A stretch of DNA of 32,000 nt from Aliivibrio fischeri ES114 (GTDB lineage: Bacteria > Pseudomonadota > Gammaproteobacteria > Enterobacterales > Vibrionaceae): the NCBI RefSeq assembly GCF_000011805.1, contig NC_006840.2; one strand, given 5' to 3'. Below the pieces are notes generated by a model that worked only from the letters and a program-made list of their open reading frames with translations, was not told the DNA's origin and searched no databases. A program made the translations under genes and the position numbers. Position 1 is the first letter of the stretch. Each line of letters starts with the position of its first letter. Of this stretch, positions 20,789 through 27,589 are shown one piece after another.

Positions 20789-20792
20789 CTTT

Positions 20793-20819
20793 ATTGACTA
20801 ATTTCTGTTAAGTAAGTTC
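20793..20819 (-). promoter_or_regulatory. Candidate sigmaE-type promoter of rpoH (P3-like)
   Basis: Minus strand reads GAACTT (20819-20814), a 16-nt spacer, TCAAT (20797-20793). It resembles the sigmaE consensus GGAACTT-N16-TCNAA and E. coli rpoH P3, which is also followed by GTGGATAA. Confidence 0.45.
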
Positions 20820-20835
20820 AGTTTTTAACAAAACA

Positions 20836-20873
20836 AAAACAAAAAAGCCGCTAATTCAATCAATTAGCGGCTT
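20836..20873 (-). terminator. Rho-independent terminator after ftsX
   Basis: AGCCGCTAATT (20846-20856) pairs with AATTAGCGGCT (20862-20872). The minus strand continues TTTTTTGTTTTTG. Confidence 0.85.
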
Positions 20874-20905
20874 AAGATCTTATTTAAAACAAGGATCGTT
20901 TTGTT

Positions 20906-21859
20906 TTATACCGGTTCAATTTCTTTTAAATGACGCAATACTGAAATTCGAGCTGCTAACAAACCTAAGAAAGACGATAACATAAGTAATAACAAACTCT
21001 CATCCCACGTTAAACCAACTAAACGGAAAATGCTATCGTAAAGTACCGCCACATTATCTACCGCGCCATTTAAGGTAACCGTAATAATTGCAGTTAATAA
21101 CCAAGCAACAAAGCCACCTAATAGACCAAACCACATACCTGTATACAAGTAAGGACGTAAAATAAAAGTATTGGTTGCACCAACTAATTTCATTACCTGA
21201 ATTTCATCTTTTTGCTCTAATACATTAAAACGTAATGTATTACCGACAATCAAAAAGACAGCAACAAACATTAGAATAGCCAATGTCGTTGCGACCACAA
21301 CAGCTACGTGTTTAATTGCATCCAATCGAGCTAACCAATCATCATCCAAACGAACTTCGTTTACATAAGATTGCTGCTTTAAACGATTAACTAGCTGGTT
21401 TACTTGTTCTGTACCTTGCCACTCTGTTTTCGGTGAAACAATTAACACTGCGGGTAACGGATTGCTATCTAATAGTGTTAGTGCTTGCTCAAAACCTGAA
21501 TGCTCACTCAGCTCTTTTAACCCCTCTTGTGGAGAGATGTACTGAACAGCCTCGATTTCCTTCCAGCGTTCTAGCTCACTTTTCAACGTTTGAACTTTTG
21601 TTTCTGCAACGTCTTGTTGCAAATACAAACTGACTTGCGAAGGCGCTTGCCATTTTGAAGCGACAATCGTTAAGTTTTTACCAATTAAGTACATACTTGA
21701 AGGTAAGGTTAATGACATAGCAATCACCGCTAATGTCAGCATATTACCTAAAGGACGACGTAACAGCTCTTGAAAAGAAAGCTTGGCTTGTTTCTTATGA
21801 GTCGCCCAGAATCCATCATTTGATGCGCCTTGAGTATTTTTAGGTTTACGCTTAGCCAT
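20906..21859 (-). CDS. ftsX: Cell-division ABC transporter permease-like protein FtsX
   Basis: Four-TM FtsX topology with a large periplasmic loop. An 8-nt overlap with ftsE; sits in the ftsYEX operon order. Confidence 0.9.
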   Translation of the reverse strand: MAKRKPKNTQGASNDGFWATHKKQAKLSFQELLRRPLGNMLTLAVIAMSLTLPSSMYLIGKNLTIVASKWQAPSQVSLYLQQDVAETKVQTLKSELERWKEIEAVQYISPQEGLKELSEHSGFEQALTLLDSNPLPAVLIVSPKTEWQGTEQVNQLVNRLKQQSYVNEVRLDDDWLARLDAIKHVAVVVATTLAILMFVAVFLIVGNTLRFNVLEQKDEIQVMKLVGATNTFILRPYLYTGMWFGLLGGFVAWLLTAIITVTLNGAVDNVAVLYDSIFRLVGLTWDESLLLLMLSSFLGLLAARISVLRHLKEIEPV

Positions 21860-22520
21860 GATCAGCTACCTCACGTAAACACCCTTGGTGTAAATCAAAA
21901 CGACGGTATTTATTACCACCAATTAATGATAAATCATGTGAAGCCATTAATACGCTTACTCCCACACGATTAAACTCAGCAAAAAGATTAAACACCTGAC
22001 GAGATAACTGAGGATCTAAATTACCTGTCGGTTCATCAGCCAATAGCAACATAGGTTTATTTACAACCGCACGAGCAATACCCACACGTTGTTGTTCACC
22101 ACCTGACAATTGCATCGGGTAACTTTTTGCTTTATCTAATAACCCAGTTTTATCTAATGCCGCCGAGACTCGGCGCTTAATATCATTTTCTCGTACTGAT
22201 TCAACACGCATTGGTAATGCAACATTATCGAAAACAGTACGATTCATCAGTAATTTATGATCTTGAAAAACGATACCGATATTACGACGTAAAAATGGAA
22301 TATCTTGATTCGAAATTTTTGTAATATCATGACCATTAAATAAGATCTTGCCATCACTTGGACGTTCAATTGCACAGATCAGTTTCAACAACGTACTTTT
22401 ACCAGCCCCTGAATGACCACTCAAAAAAGCCATTTCACCTCTATTTAAATGAAAATTTACTTTTTGTAATGCTGGACGACCACCTCGATAGGCTTTCGAC
22501 ACTTGCTGAAATCGAATCAC
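21852..22520 (-). CDS. ftsE: Cell-division ABC ATPase FtsE
   Basis: Walker A GHSGAGKST, ABC signature LSGGEQQR, Walker B LLLADEPTGNLD. Confidence 0.95.
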   Translation of the reverse strand: MIRFQQVSKAYRGGRPALQKVNFHLNRGEMAFLSGHSGAGKSTLLKLICAIERPSDGKILFNGHDITKISNQDIPFLRRNIGIVFQDHKLLMNRTVFDNVALPMRVESVRENDIKRRVSAALDKTGLLDKAKSYPMQLSGGEQQRVGIARAVVNKPMLLLADEPTGNLDPQLSRQVFNLFAEFNRVGVSVLMASHDLSLIGGNKYRRFDLHQGCLREVADHG

Positions 22521-22523
22521 GCG

Positions 22524-23762
22524 CTATTCCTCACGACTAAATAATGCTTCAATAAAATCTTGCGCCACAAATGGACGTAAATCATCAATGCCTTCACCGA
22601 CACCGATAAAACGGATTGGAATTTGGAATTGATCCGCAATAGAGAAAATAACACCACCTTTTGCTGTACCGTCCAATTTCGTTAATGTAATTCCAGTTAC
22701 TGGAGCAACATCACTGAACAATTTAGCTTGGCTAATGGCATTTTGGCCCGTACCCGCATCTAAAGTTAACATGATCTCATGCGGCGCTGATGGGTCAATT
22801 TTCTTCATTACACGAACAATTTTACGCAATTCCTCCATTAAGTTACTCTTATTTTGGAGACGACCTGCAGTATCGGCAATAACAACGTCAACTTTACGTG
22901 CTCGTGCAGCTTCAATTGCATCGTAAATAACGGATGCACTGTCTGCGCCGGTATGTTGAGCAATAACAGGAACATCATTACGCTGACCCCAAACCTGAAG
23001 TTGCTCAACAGCCGCTGCACGGAACGTATCGCCCGCCGCCAACATGACTGACTTACCTTCATTTTGGAATTGTTTTGCTAACTTACCGATCGTTGTTGTT
23101 TTACCAACACCATTTACGCCAACCATTAAAATCACGTGTGGCATATTTTTTTCGTTAATTTCTAATGGTTGTTCAACTTTAGCTAAGATTTCAGCCATTT
23201 CTTCTTTTAGTAAACCATATAATGCTTCACCATCTTTAAGATCTTGCTTACTTGCTTTTTCAGTTAGACTATCGATAATTCTAACTGTCGTGTCCATTCC
23301 CACATCGGCAATTAATAACTGTTCTTCAAGCTCTTCAAACAGCTCATCATCAATTTTTTTACCGCTAAATAAACCAAAGAATCCTGCGCCAATATTCTCT
23401 TTTGTGCGTTGTAAACTACGCTTTAAACGAGCAAAGAAACTTTCTGTTGGTTTTTCTTGAACTTCTTCCACTTTAATTACAGGCTCAGCCTCTAATTCCG
23501 CTTCAGGTTCTTTCTCAGTAACAACTTCTTCCGCTTCTGTCGCTTCTTCAGCTTGTACCGTTACTTTCTCACTTTCTTTAGGCTGTTCAAGCTCTGCATC
23601 TTCCACTACACTCTCTACGGCACTATCATCTTTAGATGGAGCCTGAGAAAGCGTTTCTGCATTTTCTTCTACTGATTGTTGTTCTACTGCTGGTTGTTCG
23701 GCTTTTTCTTCATCACCAAAACCTAACCAAGACAATAATCCGCGTTTCTTTTTGCCTGTCAT
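22524..23762 (-). CDS. ftsY: Signal recognition particle receptor FtsY
   Basis: Acidic Glu-rich A domain, then the NG domain with GVNGVGKTTTIGKLA, DTAGRLQ and TKLDGTAKGG. Confidence 0.95.
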   Translation of the reverse strand: MTGKKKRGLLSWLGFGDEEKAEQPAVEQQSVEENAETLSQAPSKDDSAVESVVEDAELEQPKESEKVTVQAEEATEAEEVVTEKEPEAELEAEPVIKVEEVQEKPTESFFARLKRSLQRTKENIGAGFFGLFSGKKIDDELFEELEEQLLIADVGMDTTVRIIDSLTEKASKQDLKDGEALYGLLKEEMAEILAKVEQPLEINEKNMPHVILMVGVNGVGKTTTIGKLAKQFQNEGKSVMLAAGDTFRAAAVEQLQVWGQRNDVPVIAQHTGADSASVIYDAIEAARARKVDVVIADTAGRLQNKSNLMEELRKIVRVMKKIDPSAPHEIMLTLDAGTGQNAISQAKLFSDVAPVTGITLTKLDGTAKGGVIFSIADQFQIPIRFIGVGEGIDDLRPFVAQDFIEALFSREE

Positions 23763-23832
23763 TGGGAAATCCTAGAATTAAATTGGTACAATTTTCTCGT
23801 ATACTATCACTTTCTGAGCGGTCAAAAAATCT

Positions 23833-24435
23833 ATGGTTAAACGTAAACAACACTCACCTCGCACTTCTGGCACAAATGGTCGCTCCGGAAGCATTCGTAT
23901 TATCAGTGGACGCTGGCGCGGACGCAAACTTCCAGTACATGATGCAGAAGGATTACGACCAACCACGGACCGTGTAAAAGAGACTGTTTTTAACTGGTTA
24001 GCACCTGATATTCCTCGAGCTCGTTGTTTGGATCTTTTTTCTGGCAGCGGCGGTTTAGGTTTTGAAGCCGCTTCTCGTGGTGCTGAACACGTCGTAATGC
24101 TTGAATTAAATAAACAAGCTCATGCACAACTTAAACAAAATGCAGAGAGTTTAAAAGCAGATAATATCGAAATTCATCATACCGATGCATTAACGTTTTT
24201 AAATCAAGCTGCAACTCCATTTGATGTTGTTTTTATTGACCCTCCATTCAGAAAAGATTTATTAGAAGAAACCTTAACAAAATTAGAAAATAATGGATGG
24301 TTAGCAGCAAACGCTATGATATACATTGAAGCAGAAAAAGAATTAAACTCATTACCGGTTCCTGCACATTGGCATCTAAGCAAAGATAAAACAGCAGGAC
24401 AAGTTACCTTCAAATTATATGAAAGAGAGGAATAG
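23833..24435 (+). CDS. rsmD: 16S rRNA (guanine966-N2)-methyltransferase
   Basis: IRIISGRWRGRKLPV...GLRPTTDRVKETVFNWL, LDLFSGSGGLGFEA, and DPPF. Divergent from ftsY as in E. coli. Confidence 0.9.
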   Translation: MVKRKQHSPRTSGTNGRSGSIRIISGRWRGRKLPVHDAEGLRPTTDRVKETVFNWLAPDIPRARCLDLFSGSGGLGFEAASRGAEHVVMLELNKQAHAQLKQNAESLKADNIEIHHTDALTFLNQAATPFDVVFIDPPFRKDLLEETLTKLENNGWLAANAMIYIEAEKELNSLPVPAHWHLSKDKTAGQVTFKLYEREE

Positions 24436-24702
24436 ATGAAAGGATTGATCATTCTTGCTAAAGCTGCCATTGCCTTTGTGTGGTTTATTTTAATTTTAAA
24501 TTTCTTTATGCCATTCCCAGGTAAAGCCGCCATTGCTCTTTACATCATGACTGCATTTTTATTTATGATGCATGGTTTGCAGATGCTTATCTTTATTGGT
24601 GCTTTTGGCGATAAAATATCAATGAGTCGTTGGGAAAAATGGTCAATACTCATCTTTGGTGTATTTGCTTTATTAGACATCAGAAAAAAACACATGATGT
24701 AA
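24436..24702 (+). CDS. yhhL: Small inner-membrane protein YhhL (DUF1145)
   Basis: The start abuts the rsmD stop (TAGATG). Shares VW.ILILN..PFP, MHG.Q and FGVFALL blocks with E. coli YhhL. Confidence 0.75.
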   Translation: MKGLIILAKAAIAFVWFILILNFFMPFPGKAAIALYIMTAFLFMMHGLQMLIFIGAFGDKISMSRWEKWSILIFGVFALLDIRKKHMM

Positions 24703-24729
24703 AATACCCACTATAAATAGATTATTTTA

Positions 24730-24755
24730 AAAGGAGCGCTCAGCTCCTTTTTTTA
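24730..24755 (+). terminator. Rho-independent terminator after yhhL
   Basis: AGGAGC (24732-24737) pairs with GCTCCT (24743-24748), followed by TTTTTTT. Confidence 0.75.
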
Positions 24756-24846
24756 TACTACACCCCCACCTCTTCAACTCATTTTTAATGGGTATCTATG
24801 CTACCATTGCCGATATTCTTCTGAACTTTAATCTTGGTACACATTT

Positions 24847-25440
24847 ATGGATACGCTTTCTGCCGCTGTCATGCTTTTTCTAATAATGGACCCTATGGGC
24901 AATTTACCTGTATTTACGACCATTCTTAAACACGTAGAAAAAAAGCGTAGACGTATAATTTTAATCAGAGAGCTACTTATTGCGCTGGCAATCATGATGG
25001 CATTTCTGTTTATGGGGGAGCAAATCCTTAATTTCTTAAGCCTTAAAAAAGAAGCCGTATCGATTTCAGGTGCCATTATCTTATTCTTAATTGGCTTAAA
25101 AATGATTTTCCCACCAGAGGGGGGATTAGGTGCAAGTTTAGGGGCAGGTGATGAACCGTTAATTGTACCACTTGCTATCCCTATGATTGCTGGTCCTTCT
25201 ATTCTCGCTACATTATTACTTTTAGCTCACCAAGAGCCAGATCGCATGCTTGATTGGAGCCTTGCTTTATTAGGTGCGTGGTCAGCAACAACCGTTATTT
25301 TAATGTTTTCTGAAATATTCCAACGCGTAGTTGGTGAAAAAGGGTTAGCAGCAATAGAGCGCTTAATGGGTATGCTACTACTGATGATATCAGTGCAGAT
25401 GTTCTTAGATGGTATCATGAGCTACTTCAGCCATATTTAA
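24847..25440 (+). CDS. yhgN: MarC-family (UPF0056) membrane protein YhgN
   Basis: LIMDPMGNLPVFTTILKH...RRRIILIRELLIAL...SISGAIILFLIGLKMIFP...PLIVPLAIPMIAGPSILATLLLL...ERLMGMLL..QMFLDGI parallels E. coli YhgN. Confidence 0.88.
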   Translation: MDTLSAAVMLFLIMDPMGNLPVFTTILKHVEKKRRRIILIRELLIALAIMMAFLFMGEQILNFLSLKKEAVSISGAIILFLIGLKMIFPPEGGLGASLGAGDEPLIVPLAIPMIAGPSILATLLLLAHQEPDRMLDWSLALLGAWSATTVILMFSEIFQRVVGEKGLAAIERLMGMLLLMISVQMFLDGIMSYFSHI

Positions 25441-25461
25441 TCTAAACCATCACTTTCAAAT

Positions 25462-25492
25462 AAAAAGGTCGCTATATGCGACCTTTTTATTT
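25462..25492. terminator. Bidirectional terminator (yhgN / yecH-like)
   Basis: AGGTCGC (25466-25472) pairs with GCGACCT (25478-25484), flanked by AAAAA and TTTTT. Confidence 0.8.
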
Positions 25493-25504
25493 ATACCAAT
25501 ATAA

Positions 25505-25747
25505 TTAATGGTGACACATGCGCTCAGGGTTTGCTGTAAGCCCTTCTTCCGTTGCGACAATCTTCTTTTTAGATAGCAAAAAATCAAGCAACTCAGCTAG
25601 CGTTAAATCTTGTTGGCTACAAGTATGAAAACAAACCTCAGAACCAAATTCACTCTCTATTTTCTCTTCCAATTGAGCGCGTGGTAGCGGCTCTTTAGAA
25701 TCAATAAGAATATTTAAAACAACATGACCATGAATATCTTGTTTCAT
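25505..25747 (-). CDS. YecH-family (DUF2492) putative metal-binding protein
   Basis: 80 aa: HGHVVLNILI...FHTCS...LTLAELLDFLLSKKKI...CHH, collinear with E. coli YecH (IHGHEVLNMM...FHTCS...C.H). Confidence 0.7.
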   Translation of the reverse strand: MKQDIHGHVVLNILIDSKEPLPRAQLEEKIESEFGSEVCFHTCSQQDLTLAELLDFLLSKKKIVATEEGLTANPERMCHH

Positions 25748-26417
25748 TTCACTTTCTCATCATTTATTAAAGACCGTTTTAGCATACCAGATAAAAACAG
25801 TAAGCTTTACGCTTTCTATTTTTATCGACAAATAGCTCATAGAAAGCAATAGCAAACCAAAACAACTAAAAGCATAGTCCACATTAAAAAAGACTACTTT
25901 ATCGACAAGATAAAAAGCATAAAAACAAAGCAAAAAACAGATAAAATACAACAAGTTAAATAACTTATATATTAAATTTTCATATATATCAAAGTGAGTT
26001 ATAACCAGTGTAATATGATTTTTTATTAGAAAAATACGTCCGTTATTATCTAATGATATAAAAATCACTTAAAAGCCGATCATATTGAAGCAATAAAAAA
26101 GGCAAAATTGAAAGTAGAGCAAGATATCGCAGCTAAACTCTAAAATCACAACTAAAATAGGTGATTAATAAACAAACCATAAAAAACAAAATTAAACCAA
26201 TTAAAATCAACAACTTAAAGTAAGTTAACATAAGTTAAACACAAAAAACCACAATAACAACAGGCAAAAACACACCTTAACAGAGCCTCTAACGGGCATT
26301 ATTGTCATGGAAAAGTTATTTTTTTAAGCTTTAGAGCAATCAGTGCTTGATCAATAACCAAAAACGGTGTTATTCTATTTGTCAAGCAATGATAGATGAC
26401 ATTAGAGGAGCATAGTA

Positions 26418-26498
26418 ATGATTACTTCATCGCAAAAACAAGGACTTATGATGATCGCAGTAGTTGTTGGACTAATGACTCTGCCAATGATGTACTAA
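26418..26498 (+). CDS. Unannotated 26-codon hydrophobic small ORF (MITSSQKQGLMMIAVVVGLMTLPMMY)
   Basis: AGAGGAG Shine-Dalgarno (26404-26410) lies 7 nt before the ATG at 26418, and TAA is at 26496-26498. The peptide has a polar N terminus and a single TM-length hydrophobic core. A strong terminator follows 24 nt downstream. Too short for the ORF track. Confidence 0.4.
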   Translation: MITSSQKQGLMMIAVVVGLMTLPMMY

Positions 26499-26521
26499 TC
26501 TACATTCAAATAAGTTCATAT

Positions 26522-26553
26522 AAAAAAACGGACGCAAATGCGTCCGTTTTTTT
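26522..26553. terminator. Bidirectional terminator shared by the small ORF and the HEPN-TM gene
   Basis: ACGGACGC (26528-26535) pairs with GCGTCCGT (26540-26547), flanked by A7 and T7. Confidence 0.9.
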
Positions 26554-26571
26554 ATGCTTAAAATATAGTTT

Positions 26572-26937
26572 TCAAAATAAATGCTTAATATTTTCCCAAT
26601 GAATCATATAGATAGCTAAAGATATCAAGGTAGCAATCAATACGATCCCCCCCACCAATTTCCATAAAAATCGACTGGCTCTTGGGGTCAAGATATCATT
26701 CATTTCTTTACACGTAGCTTTGAAAGCGGATTTATCTTCTAACTTATACCCTTCTTCGTGCACGACTTTGTTTCGCATAGTTGCAATAAAGCGTAATTTC
26801 TTAATCACTTCATGAGGAAGACGCTCCTCACAACTACTAATAAGCTGATGAAGTCCTTTTCCTTCTGCGTGATAATGTGTCTTTAATAAAGATTCAATTT
26901 TACGACTTTGCTTCACAACAAGATCAATATCAGACAT
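26572..26937 (-). CDS. Small HEPN-like (DUF4145-type, RNxxxH) protein with C-terminal transmembrane anchor
   Basis: TAGGAGAG Shine-Dalgarno lies 5 nt before the ATG. Residues 29-60, LHQLISSCEERLPHEVIKKLRFIATMRNKVVHE, fit the DUF4145/HEPN helix pattern and end in R55-N-K-V-V-H60 (nt 26775-26758). Residues about 91-112, LWKLVGGIVLIATLISLAIYMI, are a TM helix. That the gene is real is well supported; the family call is by eye only. Confidence 0.7.
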   Translation of the reverse strand: MSDIDLVVKQSRKIESLLKTHYHAEGKGLHQLISSCEERLPHEVIKKLRFIATMRNKVVHEEGYKLEDKSAFKATCKEMNDILTPRASRFLWKLVGGIVLIATLISLAIYMIHWENIKHLF

Positions 26938-27235
26938 ATCACTCTCCTAATCTTTGACTCTGAAATCTCTTTCTACTTTATACCATGCAAATGCGAGTTT
27001 CTCTTTCTGATCCTTCAGATTATTATCTTTAGTACACAGAAAAATAATAGGGGATAATTTTAAGATAATGTTCGAGCTAGATCTCAGTTCGTCTCTTGAT
27101 TTCTACTTCTAAAGAAAAGATACATAAAATAACTAGAAAACCCGCACAAACTCGATAAATACTCCTTATCTATCTTTCTATAAAGAGTAGAATAATGATG
27201 AACTTATGTATTTACTTGCACGTTTAAGGAAAATC

Positions 27236-27568
27236 ATGCCTGTTACTTATATTATTTTGTTACTTATCTTTATTTTTGCTGCAGCATTTTTATTTAAACG
27301 CTTCCAAAGCAAATATATCTTAGGAGAAAATGCCCCTGAGATGACGGCCGAAGTAACTATTTTAGATAAGCAAATAGTTGAAATCCCAGACACTCAACCC
27401 GGAGAAGAAGATCAGGAATTTTGGATTTATGTACAAAAAGGACGATTTGGACCAAAACGAGAATTTGAAGTCGGTGTCCATTATTTTCATGCTCTAAATC
27501 CAGGAGATAAAGGTATAATGACTTATCAAGGGCGTAAATTTCATCACTTTGCCTTAAAGCGAGATTAA
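27236..27568 (+). CDS. yhhM: DUF2500 membrane protein YhhM
   Basis: N-terminal TM, then YFHALNPGDKGIMTYQGRKFHHF, which parallels E. coli YhhM YHALTVGDKGTLSYKGTRFVSF. I prefer the ATG at 27236 (AAGGA Shine-Dalgarno 5 nt upstream) over the track start 27206. Confidence 0.7.
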   Translation: MPVTYIILLLIFIFAAAFLFKRFQSKYILGENAPEMTAEVTILDKQIVEIPDTQPGEEDQEFWIYVQKGRFGPKREFEVGVHYFHALNPGDKGIMTYQGRKFHHFALKRD

Positions 27569-27589
27569 AGAAATACTAGGGAACCACTT

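Noticed and set aside
22735-23977. Track ORFs antisense to or overlapping ftsY and the ftsY-rsmD spacer: 22735-22926, 22838-23062, 22854-23051, 23044-23460, 23636-23977 and 23778-23966
   Set aside because: They are shadow ORFs of the strongly supported ftsY and rsmD frames, with low-complexity or Ser/Leu-rich products.
25760-26068. 102-codon minus-strand ORF upstream of the yecH-like gene
   Set aside because: It has a GTG start with no Shine-Dalgarno sequence and no internal ATG alternative. Its Phe/Leu/Ile/Tyr-rich product is what T-rich DNA yields by default. A small two-TM protein cannot be excluded, but I cannot support it.
26057-26143. Open frame ending ...HIEAIKKAKLKVEQDIAAKL-stop that looks like a helical protein C terminus
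   Set aside because: It has only 28 codons, no ATG or GTG start and no Shine-Dalgarno sequence. It could be a gene remnant, but A-rich DNA gives Lys/Glu/Ala-rich helical-looking text by chance.
26396-26602. Track ORF 26396-26602(+), 68 aa
   Set aside because: It reads straight through the strong bidirectional terminator and into the 3' end of the convergent HEPN gene. The alternative frame, with a consensus Shine-Dalgarno sequence and a stop before the terminator (26418-26498), is the better candidate.
27038-27112. 14-codon ORF MFELDLSSSLDFYF in the HEPN-yhhM spacer
   Set aside because: The only purine-rich stretch is 13 nt from the ATG, there is no terminator, and the composition is unremarkable.
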